Source of the DNA: Polyangiaceae bacterium
Lineage (GTDB): Bacteria; Myxococcota_A; Polyangia; Polyangiales; Polyangiaceae
DNA length: 64,000 nucleotides
NCBI GenBank assembly: GCA_044376115.1
Contig: JBILLK010000021.1
Coordinates: 1-64,000 of the forward strand
Direction: 5' to 3'
Positions 1 to 9,579 of the stretch are shown here, piece by piece. The notes under the pieces are model-generated. The model was not told the DNA's origin. It did not search any database and saw only the letters and a program-made list of their open reading frames with translations. Positions within the stretch are counted from its first letter, which is position 1. Each line of letters starts with the position of its first letter. A program made the translations under genes and the position numbers.

Positions 1-16
1 TTGCTAAGGAGCGGGC

Positions 17-487
17 ATGTTCAAAGACATCAACTTCAAGCTCGCGGTGATCTCGGCTCTGATGGAGGACGGGCACTTCGAGAAGGAGGCCAAGAAGCTC
101 AAGGCCGCTCACCTCAGCACGGCGGAAGCCTACGTGCCGATCAAAGAAGTGATGGCGTACTACGAGTCGCTCACGATCTCGGACAAGCTCCTGGCGACGG
201 TGACCACCCTCTCACCGGACGGAGGAGATCTGGCCTACGTCTACGCCATGTCCGAGTGGGACGGCGAGGACGACACGTTCGAGATTCACTCGCTCGAAGG
301 CATCGAGAGGTTGGTCAACCTCGAGGAGTTCACCCCCATTTCGATGATGGGCAACGGCGTCGACTACACGCCTATGTTGGCGTGCAAAAAGCTTAAGAAC
401 GTCGATATGACCTACGCCAAAGATGACAAGGCCAATGAAGCAGTAAAGGCGGCGCTCGAGAAGCGTGGCGTCGAGATCGAGGACTGA
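17..487 (+). CDS. DUF6892-like hypothetical protein
   Basis: 156-aa ORF with AGGAG RBS; N-terminal FKDINFKLAVISALM and acidic WDGEDDTFEI..LEGIE.L.NL segment recalled as the DUF6892 family. Confidence 0.6.
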   Translation: MFKDINFKLAVISALMEDGHFEKEAKKLKAAHLSTAEAYVPIKEVMAYYESLTISDKLLATVTTLSPDGGDLAYVYAMSEWDGEDDTFEIHSLEGIERLVNLEEFTPISMMGNGVDYTPMLACKKLKNVDMTYAKDDKANEAVKAALEKRGVEIED

Positions 488-489
488 CG

Positions 490-1407
490 TCAATCTGCCA
501 ACGCGGCCAGCCAGCGTAGCCGCCGGGTCAATAGGTCTGCGACCGCGCGCACCTGTGCACTTCTGAGTCGACCAGTCGGGGTTACGAGGGAGATGGGCAT
601 CGGTTCGGGTTGGAAGGCTGGGAGGATGCGCACGAGTTGGCCCAGGGCTACGGCCGCCTCCACTTCACGCAGCGGTCGCACGCCGATCCCAAGCCCAGCG
701 TGTAGCGCCTCGAGCAGAATCTGGGCGGAGTCGCTTTCGAAGCGCGATACCAAGTTCACGACATGCGCTTCGCCCTGCCGATCGAGGAGTCGCAGCGCAA
801 AATCCTTGCTCCCGCGCATAGCGAGCAGACATTCGTGCGCAGCCAGCTCCGCTGGAGCCGTTGGGAGGCCTCGCCGCGCAACGTAGGTTGGTGAGGCCGC
901 AAGCGCCCATGGCAATAGACCGATACGCCTGACCGTCGAGGATTGAGCGGGAACAGGGCCGCCCCAAACTACGATGTCGACCCCGAGCGAAACCGGCTCG
1001 AGCAGCCGCGTCCTGCCGAGCAGTTCGACGCGCAGCTCGGGGTTACCCTCGAGCAGCAACCGGAGCTCCTGCAAAAAAGTACCGGCCGCTACATCGCTGC
1101 TGACCGAAACTCGCACGGTGCCCCTGAGCCTCTCCGCTGCGCCGACCTCTCGCTCAGCCTCCTCCAGCTCGCTCAGGATGCGCCGCGCGCGAGCGGCTAC
1201 CCGCTCCCCAGCTTCCGTCACGCGCAGCGTGCGCGTGGTGCGCTCGATCAAGCGCACCCCGACGCGCAGCTCAATCCGCTCGAGGCGCCGCCATACCGCA
1301 TTGGGCGAAACACGCAGCCCGCGCGCTGCAGCGCTGAGACTCCTGAGCTCCACCACGCGAACGAAGGTACGAACTTCATCCAGGCTTTCGAACATGTTGA
1401 GTCGCAT
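490..1407 (-). CDS. LysR family transcriptional regulator (CrgA-like)
   Basis: N-terminal HTH FVRVVELRSLSAAARGL...LIERTTRTLRVTEAG plus substrate-binding domain; start uncertain (1443/1407/1395). Confidence 0.93.
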   Translation of the reverse strand: MRLNMFESLDEVRTFVRVVELRSLSAAARGLRVSPNAVWRRLERIELRVGVRLIERTTRTLRVTEAGERVAARARRILSELEEAEREVGAAERLRGTVRVSVSSDVAAGTFLQELRLLLEGNPELRVELLGRTRLLEPVSLGVDIVVWGGPVPAQSSTVRRIGLLPWALAASPTYVARRGLPTAPAELAAHECLLAMRGSKDFALRLLDRQGEAHVVNLVSRFESDSAQILLEALHAGLGIGVRPLREVEAAVALGQLVRILPAFQPEPMPISLVTPTGRLRSAQVRAVADLLTRRLRWLAALAD

Positions 1408-1448
1408 CCGAGCATTGCGTTCAAGCGGCCGATAGTCCGCCATGCAGG

Positions 1449-1477
1449 ACCAGTTTCACCGCAGCGGTGAAACTGGT
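1449..1477. promoter_or_regulatory. Perfect palindrome, likely LysR operator
   Basis: ACCAGTTTCACCGC-A-GCGGTGAAACTGGT, 14-bp perfect arms between the divergent LysR and SnoaL genes. Confidence 0.7.
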
Positions 1478-1593
1478 TTGCAATCGCAGATAGCGCGTTA
1501 CGCGACCTTCACCGCTACACCTGCCGATGGGCAGGGACGCAGCGAGGCACAGTGGAGCGCCAAGCGAACGAGGTCCGCCCTGTGGAGAAGAAT

Positions 1594-2568
1594 ATGAACA
1601 GCCACCGGAACATGATCGCTATCACACTATTGGCGTTGCAACCGCTCTTGGGCTGCAGCAGCGACAGCGAGGAGACCATCCCAGCCTCAACGGACTGTGA
1701 CCCGGCGCTTCTGGAGGCCAACAAGGAGGCGGCGCTAGCGGTCTCGAACAGCGTCTTCTTGGCGGGCGAACCAGCGGAGGGCGTACTCGCCTCAGACTTC
1801 GTTGCTCACTTTCCCTCGGGGCAGCCCGACCAATCGCTCGAGGCCTTCCTCGGATTTGGCGAGCAGTTCCGAACGGCCCTGCCTGACGCAACGTTCACCT
1901 TTACGCATGTGATCGCCAACGATGAGTTCGTGGCATTGCGCTATATCGGAACGGGCACCCACAAGGCGGAGCTGTTTGGCGTGCCGGCGACCAACCGCGC
2001 GTTGAAGTGGGAGGGCATGGTGATCCGTCGCGTCGCAGACGGCCTCGTGGCGGAGGAGTGGAACGAGCCGGACAATGCAGGGCTCTTCGCGCAGCTGACC
2101 CAAGGAGCTGAAGCGTTCAGCCCGAGTTCGGCGAACTTCCAAACGGACGGGGATTGCGCCAGCGCCACAGTTGAAGCTACCGCCGAGTTAGCGCTTCGAG
2201 TCTCCAAGGAGGTCGTCCTTGAAGGCCAACCAGCGGACGAACTTTTGGCGCCCGACTTCATAATGCACAATCCCAATGGGCTGCCCGACGCCAATCTCGA
2301 GGGCTTTCTCGGCTTCAACGCGGGCTTCCGCGCCGCCTTCCCCGACGCGAAGTTCAGCTTCACGCACACGATCGCCGAGGGAGACTTGGTGCTCCTTCGC
2401 TACACCGCTAGCGGCACCCATAGCGCCGAGTTCTTTGGGGTTCCCGCGACAGGAAAGGCGGTGCAGTGGGAGGGCGCAGTCATTCGCCACGTCGACGCCG
2501 GTGTTGTGGATGAAGAGTGGAACGCGCCCGATATTGCCGGGCTTCTCGGACAGCTAACAGCGCCTTAG
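1594..2568 (+). CDS. Lipoprotein with tandem SnoaL-like (ester cyclase) domains
   Basis: Lipobox LLGC; two repeats of AFPDAxFxFTHxIAxxDxVxLRYxxxGTHxAExFGVPAT.x.xxWEGxVI. Confidence 0.88.
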   Translation: MNSHRNMIAITLLALQPLLGCSSDSEETIPASTDCDPALLEANKEAALAVSNSVFLAGEPAEGVLASDFVAHFPSGQPDQSLEAFLGFGEQFRTALPDATFTFTHVIANDEFVALRYIGTGTHKAELFGVPATNRALKWEGMVIRRVADGLVAEEWNEPDNAGLFAQLTQGAEAFSPSSANFQTDGDCASATVEATAELALRVSKEVVLEGQPADELLAPDFIMHNPNGLPDANLEGFLGFNAGFRAAFPDAKFSFTHTIAEGDLVLLRYTASGTHSAEFFGVPATGKAVQWEGAVIRHVDAGVVDEEWNAPDIAGLLGQLTAP

Positions 2569-2576
2569 AAACGCAC

Positions 2577-2822
2577 TCAGGCTGGCGGGGAGCCGGCCCG
2601 CGCGCGTTCACGCAACATGAACAAGTAGAGGCCCTCCACCTTCTCTCGAGCCCACGGTGTCCGCCGCAAGAACTTGAGGCTGGAAGCGACGCTGGGCTCG
2701 TGACTGAAGCACCGAATGGTCACCAGCTCGGCGAGCTGGGCAAAGCCGTAATTCTCCACTAGCTCGGTCACGATCGTCTCGAGCGTGATGCCGTGCAGCT
2801 TGTTGCGATTCTTGTCTCCCAC
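2577..2822 (-). CDS. VF530/DUF2132 family small DNA-binding protein
   Basis: LHGITLETIVTELVENYGF...IRCF...PSVASSLKFLRRTPWAREKVE motif; GTG start inferred. Confidence 0.88.
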   Translation of the reverse strand: MGDKNRNKLHGITLETIVTELVENYGFAQLAELVTIRCFSHEPSVASSLKFLRRTPWAREKVEGLYLFMLRERARAGSPPA

Positions 2823-2839
2823 GCGCCGCCCGCCAATTC

Positions 2840-3031
2840 CTAGAAACGAATACCGTTCACGCTGCGGTGCTTCCACCAGCGCCAGGTAAGTACCACGGCG
2901 GGAACCGCAGCAATTCCGGCCACGACGGGCAAGCCGATGACCCCCAGCGTCACCGCGCCAGCCGTGGCTGCACCTGCCACCATGGCCTTGGCCCGAGATT
3001 CCGCCTGCACCGCTCCACGACCTTGACTCAT
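2840..3031 (-). CDS. Small hypothetical membrane protein
   Basis: 63 aa with hydrophobic stretch and basic/Trp C-terminus (WRWWKHR); RBS-like GGAGG upstream. Confidence 0.6.
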   Translation of the reverse strand: MSQGRGAVQAESRAKAMVAGAATAGAVTLGVIGLPVVAGIAAVPAVVLTWRWWKHRSVNGIRF

Positions 3032-3189
3032 AAAGCCTCCGCCTCAGCAGCGTAGCACCGCGGGCATCAGAGTCAGGTACGCAAGTCTGACCATCCTACT
3101 GGGCCCTTTGCTCTCGGCCGAGAACACCGTAAGCAGCTTCGATGAGCAGCCCGTCGCTCGACCACAGTCGGAACCCGCAGGCATCGCAA

Positions 3190-3969
3190 ATGGCAGACGA
3201 GTCCATGGTGCGCACCCTCGCCGCACAGATCAGCGCGATTTGGCCGCAAGAGCTACCGCTGCTGGACCGCTACCGAGGGGCAGCACGGGTGCTCGATGTC
3301 GGCGCGGGGACCGGTGAGTTCAGCTCACGACTGGCACAGCTGTGGCCAGAGGCCACCATTACCGGCGTCGACGTGCTGAGCTCCTCGGTTGAGCTTGCGC
3401 GCAATAGACACCAGGCGCTCGCACCGCGGCTGCAATTCGAGCAAGGGGATGCCTTTCAATTGCAATACGCCGAGGGCTCATTCGACCTCGTAGCGTGCAG
3501 ACATGTATTGCAGGCGGTCCCAACGCCGGAATTAGTAATTAGTGAGCTTGCGCGCGTGCTGCGCCCAGGTGGTTATGCGCATATCCTCTCTGAGGACTAC
3601 GGGATGCTGCATATGATGACGGCGGCGCTCGATCCGGATGAGCTGTGGCGAGAGGGGCCCGTCCAATACGCAGCGCGCACCAACACTGACGCGCGCATCG
3701 GCCGAAGGACGTGGTCCCTGATGCGGCAGGCAGGCTTTGTCGATCTACGGGTCGACTACGTGATCGTCGACACGGTACGCGTCGAACGCTCGGTGTTTGC
3801 AGACATCATGCGGGCCTGGCGCGATGGCTACGTGGAAGCCTTGGCAAGCGGCTCGAGCCGTTCCCCAGAGTGGTTTCGTGCTGGCTTCGATCAAGTGATC
3901 GCGAGCATCGAGGATCCCGAGCAGTACGCCGTGTGGATGGTGCCGATCGTGAGCGGGACCAAAGCCTGA
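3190..3969 (+). CDS. Class I SAM-dependent methyltransferase
   Basis: VLDVGAGTG motif I, FEQGDA, SFDLVACRHVL, RVLRPGG. Confidence 0.92.
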   Translation: MADESMVRTLAAQISAIWPQELPLLDRYRGAARVLDVGAGTGEFSSRLAQLWPEATITGVDVLSSSVELARNRHQALAPRLQFEQGDAFQLQYAEGSFDLVACRHVLQAVPTPELVISELARVLRPGGYAHILSEDYGMLHMMTAALDPDELWREGPVQYAARTNTDARIGRRTWSLMRQAGFVDLRVDYVIVDTVRVERSVFADIMRAWRDGYVEALASGSSRSPEWFRAGFDQVIASIEDPEQYAVWMVPIVSGTKA

Positions 3970-3970
3970 G

Positions 3971-5191
3971 CTAGGGCCTCTTCGTCTCGCTGGCTGGACA
4001 GCTCCAAGCCCCCGTCCCCTCGGCGACCTTGACTGAGACGACGGAGAAAGCGCGTCGCTCGCCCAGGACCACGAGCTCGACCGGGTAACTCGCGATGCCC
4101 GCCGCTTGTAACTCGACGCGGTACTTTCCGGCGGGGAGGGAGAAAGCAAAGTGTGCGTCCTCGCCGGTGGTTAGCGCATTGCACACGGTGATGGGCGCAG
4201 CACCAGCCCGACTAAATCGTATATTAGCGCGTTGAAAAGGGGCGGTCCCAGGCCCGTAGCCATCGACTCGCAGCTCGATGTCGCCGACTTCTTCTCCGCT
4301 GGCCTTGGCCAAGGCCACCGCCAACGCGGCTGAATCCGAGCGTTCGAGCGAGGAGAAGATGCGCGAAAGCACGACAGCCTGCCCCTCGGCCGGGAGCTGC
4401 TCCTGCCCAACGAGCCAGCGCACGCGTTGGCCGGCCGAAGCTTCAGGCTCTGCGAGCGTCACTTTGCCGTAGCCCAGCGGCCTTAGCAGGGTGCCACCGT
4501 CTGCGCCGAGAGCTGCGCCGTAGTCTGCTTCTGGCCCGACCTGTACGGCTTGCCCGAGCCGGACGAACAGCTCCTCTTGAAGCAGCGGGGTCGGCTCGGA
4601 GAGCTCCGCTTGTGCCTTTCGCCACTCGGAACTGGCGGCGCGCTCGGTTTTTACATGGGTATGCGAGAGCACGCCGTCCACGCCCGGTGCCGCGTCATAA
4701 CGGGTGGAGACGGTAAGCCTCGGTCCACCTTGCGCCGAGAGGTCCACCCGTCCGCTCAGTTCGACGTAGGCCGCCTGCGTGGCCTCGTCGAAGCCGGTGA
4801 GCTGGGTCTCATACATGACCGGAACGCCGAGGACCTCGAGCGAGGTGCGTTCGAGACTGTCGGTTAGCTTTGGTTTGCGTGCGAGGTCGAGGAGCCGCCC
4901 GCCACGAGCGGTGCCATCCACCGCTGCAACCACGGCCAAGAAGTGACCGTTCTCGAGCGCATAGTCGGCGAGCCGCCCGCCCCGCGAATCCCCGCGCGGC
5001 AGCTGCACCTCGTCCACCACCTTGCGAACGTCCCCGGGGACCATCGACCGATCGAAGTCCCCGAGATAGCCGACCCGCATCGCTAGCAGAAAACGCTCAC
5101 TAGCGCCGGGCAACACCGAGATCTCGCCCGATTGCTGGGGAGCTGCGCAAGCCGATGCGCAAAGCGCCGCGCTCACCAGCCAGTGCTTCAT
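3971..5191 (-). CDS. Hypothetical lipoprotein with C-terminal carboxypeptidase-regulatory-like domain
   Basis: Signal/lipobox MKHWLVSAALCASAC; C-terminal FAFSLPAGKYRVEL beta-sandwich motif. Confidence 0.6.
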   Translation of the reverse strand: MKHWLVSAALCASACAAPQQSGEISVLPGASERFLLAMRVGYLGDFDRSMVPGDVRKVVDEVQLPRGDSRGGRLADYALENGHFLAVVAAVDGTARGGRLLDLARKPKLTDSLERTSLEVLGVPVMYETQLTGFDEATQAAYVELSGRVDLSAQGGPRLTVSTRYDAAPGVDGVLSHTHVKTERAASSEWRKAQAELSEPTPLLQEELFVRLGQAVQVGPEADYGAALGADGGTLLRPLGYGKVTLAEPEASAGQRVRWLVGQEQLPAEGQAVVLSRIFSSLERSDSAALAVALAKASGEEVGDIELRVDGYGPGTAPFQRANIRFSRAGAAPITVCNALTTGEDAHFAFSLPAGKYRVELQAAGIASYPVELVVLGERRAFSVVSVKVAEGTGAWSCPASETKRP

Positions 5192-5282
5192 GCTCCAAGC
5201 CATCCAAGGTTCGACAGACGAGGGCGAAGATACTTGGGGAGGATATTGGGCCGAGCCCTCCACGGACTCGCTCCTCCCCGGC

Positions 5283-5732
5283 TCACTTAGGCGCAGGCTC
5301 GGTCGAGAGCAACACGGTCGCTGCGAGCCCGAGCAGCACGCCGATCACTCGCCTGGTGGTGATGGCCTCGCGGAAGATGAAGGGAGCAAGCAATGCGGCG
5401 ATGGCGACGCCACCGCCCAGCGCGATCGTCCCAGTCCCCGCGACAGGGCCTCCGAGGCGCAGCGACATGAACAACAGGGTGACGCCACCGGTGATCATGA
5501 GGCCGGATAGCAGCGACCAAACGACACCGCCGCTGGTGGTGGCGATCTCGTCTTTGGGCAGAATCAGCATCAGCACCAAGAGCCCTACCGCCGCAGCCGA
5601 TTCGAGCAGGAAGCCACCAAAGGCGTCGCCGATTCGGCCGCTGGCCGCGCGCAGCATCAGGTAGTGAGCACCAAAACAAAGGCTCGCGACGAGCGCAGCT
5701 ACGACCCAGCTAGGCATGCGGAGAGTCCTCAA
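5283..5732 (-). CDS. EamA/DMT family small transporter
   Basis: Multiple TM helices; FIFREAITTRRVIGVLL EamA signature; start overlaps the dnaB stop. Confidence 0.8.
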   Translation of the reverse strand: MRTLRMPSWVVAALVASLCFGAHYLMLRAASGRIGDAFGGFLLESAAAVGLLVLMLILPKDEIATTSGGVVWSLLSGLMITGGVTLLFMSLRLGGPVAGTGTIALGGGVAIAALLAPFIFREAITTRRVIGVLLGLAATVLLSTEPAPK

Positions 5733-7225
5733 TCGTCGACGGTCTCGGGGTAGTCCCCGGCTTGCAGGCTGTCAAAGCGCGTACAGGAGGAGGTGAAGCG
5801 CGTGAACACCTTGCCGGTCGGACCGTTACGCTGCTTGGCGATGATCAGCTCGGCCAGGCCTTTGTGTTCGCTCGTCTCCGGGAAGTAGTAGTCGTCGCGA
5901 TAGATGAAGACGATGGTGTCAGCGTCCTGCTCGATAGCGCCGGACTCACGCAGATCGCTGAGTTGAGGACGCTTGTCTTTCTGAGCGCGCGTTTCCACGC
6001 CGCGGTTGAGCTGGGATAGAGCGATCACCGGGACGCGTAGCTCTTTGGCCAATTGCTTTAGGCCTCGGGAGATTTCGCTGATTTCCTGCTCGCGGCTTTG
6101 GGCGTTGGGGCGGCCGCTCATCAGCTGCAAGTAGTCGATGATCACAAGGCCGATGCGCTTGTCGGGGTTGTCTGCCGTGCCGCCGCGATTGTACTCGGCC
6201 TGCATGCGCCTCACTTTGGCGCGGACCTCGAGCAGACCGATCGCCGGCGTGTCGTCGAGCCACACCGGCAACATCGATAGGAAGGAGGCCGCTTCCGTCA
6301 GCCGCCGCCAATCCTCCGGCGTGAGATGGCCACCGCGCAGCTTGCCGACGTCCACCCGAGCTTCGGAACAGACCATACGAGTGGCCAGCTGTTCCCGCGG
6401 CATTTCGAGCGAGAAGACCGCCACGCCGTAGCCGGGCTCTCTGCGCTCGGTGGCTCCATAACTGCGGTCATTGGGCCCGGGCACGTTGATGGTGCGGGGC
6501 GAGGCGACGTTGACCGCCAGGTTGAGGACGAAGGAGGTCTTGCCCATGCCGGGGCGAGCCGCGACGATCATCAAATCGCCGTCGTGGAGGCCGGCCGTCT
6601 TTTCGTCGAACTTCGGGTAGCCGGTGGGCACACCGGTGATGCGATCTCCGCGTTCGGCGGCCTTGCTGATCTGCTCGAAGGCGGCGCGCAACACCTGGGC
6701 GATCGGCTGAACGTTGGAGGCCTCCGGTGTTCGGGCGAGCTCGTAGACCGACTGCTCTGCGCCATCGATGAACTCTTGCACCTGCCCGACGTCCCCGTAG
6801 CCCTCAGCGGCTAGGCGTTGGCACTCGGCGATCAGCCGACGCAAACGCCACTTCTCACGGACGGTACGCGCGTGGGCCTGGACGTGCGCAACCGCCGGCG
6901 TCGCGTCCACGATCTGCGCGAGATAGGCGGCCCCACCGACCTGAGCGAGCCGCTCGCGGTCGCGCAGCCAGGAGGCGACCTGCACGGTATCCACCGGCGA
7001 GCCCTGCCGAATCAACTCGACGGTGGCCTCGTAGATTTTGCCGTTGGCCTCCGAATAGAAGTGCTCGGGCCGCAACAACTCGGCCACCTGATCCAGCGCT
7101 TCTTGCTTCAGCAGAATGGCCGAAATGACGGCCGCTTCAGCGTCGAGATCATGCGGAGGCACTCGGCCTGCGACGATCGGCGGTTCACGAGGGGTGCGTG
7201 ACCTCTGATTCTGGGCCTGCTTCAC
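5729..7225 (-). CDS. dnaB: Replicative DNA helicase DnaB
   Basis: PPHDLDAEAAV N-terminus, AARPGMGKT Walker A, IIDYLQLM, SQLNR, RPQLSDLRESGAIEQDAD, KQRNGPTG. Confidence 0.99.
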   Translation of the reverse strand: MKQAQNQRSRTPREPPIVAGRVPPHDLDAEAAVISAILLKQEALDQVAELLRPEHFYSEANGKIYEATVELIRQGSPVDTVQVASWLRDRERLAQVGGAAYLAQIVDATPAVAHVQAHARTVREKWRLRRLIAECQRLAAEGYGDVGQVQEFIDGAEQSVYELARTPEASNVQPIAQVLRAAFEQISKAAERGDRITGVPTGYPKFDEKTAGLHDGDLMIVAARPGMGKTSFVLNLAVNVASPRTINVPGPNDRSYGATERREPGYGVAVFSLEMPREQLATRMVCSEARVDVGKLRGGHLTPEDWRRLTEAASFLSMLPVWLDDTPAIGLLEVRAKVRRMQAEYNRGGTADNPDKRIGLVIIDYLQLMSGRPNAQSREQEISEISRGLKQLAKELRVPVIALSQLNRGVETRAQKDKRPQLSDLRESGAIEQDADTIVFIYRDDYYFPETSEHKGLAELIIAKQRNGPTGKVFTRFTSSCTRFDSLQAGDYPETVDD

Positions 7226-7268
7226 GGGCGACGCAGCTTACACGATCGCGAGCGCGATGACCGGCTCC

Positions 7269-8684
7269 TCAACGCGCGCGTGGCGTGAGCGTGACAGGAA
7301 CTCCGTGTTTCGGCCGCAGCGTGGTGGCTGGGTCGAGCTCGAGTTCGAAGCCCGGTGCGACCTCCACCCGAAAACGCGCCACCGTCATCGCCAACAGGAT
7401 GGTCAGCTCCATCATCGCAAAGGCGTTGCCGATGCACATGCGCGGACCGCCACCAAACGGCAGATAGTCGTACTTGCCGTAGGGTGCGGCGCCGGCTTTC
7501 TTGCGCATACGCTCCGGGTCGAAGGTGGCAGCATCGGGGAACGTCTGTTCGCGCCGATGGAGGGCGTAAGGACTCACGCCGACGATGGCGCCCTTGGGAA
7601 CGTGCACCCCAGCGACTACGTCGTCCGCAAGCGCCTCTCGCTCGAAGATCCAAGCGGGGGGAAAGAGCCGCAGCCCCTCCTCGGCGACACAACGCACGGT
7701 GTCGAGGTCTTTGAGGTCGTCGAGGGTCGCCTCGCGGCCCGCCAGCACCGCGTCCACCTCCGCTTCGATGCGAGCGCGCACCTCGGGGTGACGCGCCAGG
7801 AGGTACAAGGTGAAGGTGAGCGCGTTGGCGGTGGTCTCATGCCCGGCGAGGACCAGCGTGAGCAGCTCATGACGCAGCTCTTCATCGCTCATTCGCGCTT
7901 CGGTACCCTCCTCGCGCGCGGCCATCAGCATACCGAGCAGATCATCGAACTCGCGCTTGCTCTCGCGGCGTTCACTGATCACACGTTGCACCAGCTCATC
8001 CAGTTGCTGCTTGGCGCGATTGAAGCGGCGGTTGCGCGGGGTGGGGACCCACGGTGGCACGCGCACCACGGCCTCTGCATACTCGTTCGCCCAATCGAGC
8101 GCGACGTTGAGCGCTTCACCGGCGACCTTGGCCTCGCCATCGAAGTCCCGACTCAGCAGCGTGAGCCCGACGATGCGAAAGGTGAGCCGCATCATCTCCT
8201 CATGCAGATCGAACGGCTGGTTCATGCGCTCAACTGCCCAACGATCCATCGCCGCGGCGGTGCAGCTAGCCATCGTGGTGGCAAAGCCCCGCAGCTTGTC
8301 GCGATGGAAAGCCGGCTGCGATAGTTTGCGCTGGCGACGCCAATGCTCCCCCTCGCTGGTGAGCAGCCCCTCTCCGAGCACGACCTTCAGCCCAGCATAG
8401 TTGCGGCTCTTCTTGTAGTTGGCGGCGTTGCTCACCAGCACGTGCTGAATGGCGCTGGGCTCGTTGACCAAGAAGTAGTCGAGGTAGAAGAACTTGTAGC
8501 GGACGATGTCTTCTCCGCGCACCGTGCTGGCGAAGAGCTTCAGCGGATCCCTCCACGCCTCCACCGCCGAACCGAGGAAGAAGTGCCCCGGGACCGGGGC
8601 CAGGCGGCGGGGTGCAGCAGCCTTCGACGGTGCAGCCTCCGAAGCAGCTGCTTTGCGTGGGCCATTCGAGAAATCTTGGAGCAT
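7269..8684 (-). CDS. Cytochrome P450
   Basis: I-helix AGHETT, ExxR (EEGLR), FDPER, heme ligand FGGGPRMCIG. Confidence 0.97.
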   Translation of the reverse strand: MLQDFSNGPRKAAASEAAPSKAAAPRRLAPVPGHFFLGSAVEAWRDPLKLFASTVRGEDIVRYKFFYLDYFLVNEPSAIQHVLVSNAANYKKSRNYAGLKVVLGEGLLTSEGEHWRRQRKLSQPAFHRDKLRGFATTMASCTAAAMDRWAVERMNQPFDLHEEMMRLTFRIVGLTLLSRDFDGEAKVAGEALNVALDWANEYAEAVVRVPPWVPTPRNRRFNRAKQQLDELVQRVISERRESKREFDDLLGMLMAAREEGTEARMSDEELRHELLTLVLAGHETTANALTFTLYLLARHPEVRARIEAEVDAVLAGREATLDDLKDLDTVRCVAEEGLRLFPPAWIFEREALADDVVAGVHVPKGAIVGVSPYALHRREQTFPDAATFDPERMRKKAGAAPYGKYDYLPFGGGPRMCIGNAFAMMELTILLAMTVARFRVEVAPGFELELDPATTLRPKHGVPVTLTPRAR

Positions 8685-8701
8685 CGCGGGCCTTTCGGAA
8701 A

Positions 8702-8744
8702 GTGAGGGCCACCTCACATTTCGCAAAGATGAGGCAGTCCTCAC
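8702..8744. promoter_or_regulatory. Tandem TetR-type operators
   Basis: GTGAGG-GCCA-CCTCAC (8702-8717) and TGAGG-CAGT-CCTCA (8730-8743), 27 bp apart, between the divergent P450 and TetR genes. Confidence 0.75.
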
Positions 8745-8812
8745 ATTCGTGCAAGCGTTTTCGTAAAGCTGCTTGCGGGAGCTTTCGGCTCACCGTGGTA
8801 ACCCTTGCGAAG

Positions 8813-9496
8813 ATGGCCACGGCCAAACCCAAACGAAGTCCGAAGCCTACGGCCAAAGTCGCCTCAGCTCGCTCGCGCCCCGAGGCGGCCAATAGCTTGC
8901 GCAAGAAGCCGCTCCAAGAGCGCTCACGACTGCGGCTCGAGCGCATCCTCGCAGCGGGAGAGAAGGAGTTCGCGGACGAGGGGTACGACGGCGCGACGAT
9001 GGAGAAGATCGCCGAGCGGGCTGGCACCAGCATCGGCAGCGTCTATCAATTTTTCCCAGACAAACGTGCGCTTTTCCGCTCGGTGGCCGAGCGCTATGAG
9101 TCGGATTCACGCGACTACTTCGCCAAGCTGATCTTCGAGGCGCAGCCGGGAATGAGCGTGGACGAGCTGATCGATTACGCGCTGGAGGGCGTGTGGACCT
9201 TCATGCGCCAAGGCGATGGGCTGCGAGCGGTGTGGCTCAATGGCTTGCTCTCACGCGAGCTGCTCGAGCTCGCAGGGGCGATGAATGAGAAGAGCGCCGA
9301 GGTGCTTTCGCAGCTGCTTGCGACGCGAGTTCCCAAGCTGCCGCGGGCGCGACGTGAGTTGGTGGCGCGCTTCACCATCGACCTCGTGGGTAGCATGTTG
9401 TTCGTCGCAGCCCGCAACCCCGCCGCCACAGGCGAGAAGATCATCGAAGAGCTCAAGCTCAACGTGAAGGCGTATCTCGGTCGCGTCCTCGGCTGA
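8813..9496 (+). CDS. TetR/AcrR family transcriptional regulator
   Basis: P.QERSR..LERILAAGEKEFADEGYDGATMEKIAERAGTSIGSVYQFFPDK HTH. Confidence 0.95.
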   Translation: MATAKPKRSPKPTAKVASARSRPEAANSLRKKPLQERSRLRLERILAAGEKEFADEGYDGATMEKIAERAGTSIGSVYQFFPDKRALFRSVAERYESDSRDYFAKLIFEAQPGMSVDELIDYALEGVWTFMRQGDGLRAVWLNGLLSRELLELAGAMNEKSAEVLSQLLATRVPKLPRARRELVARFTIDLVGSMLFVAARNPAATGEKIIEELKLNVKAYLGRVLG

Positions 9497-9579
9497 GAGG
9501 TCCTCGGCGCGCAGCTTTCCGACGCGCGCTGAGCAGGGATTCGTCGCATAAGAGCGAACCGCCGCGCCACTCATCACGC

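Noticed and set aside
5729..7225. Intein in dnaB
   Set aside because: Length is near normal; no C/S...HN splice junctions or LAGLIDADG motifs
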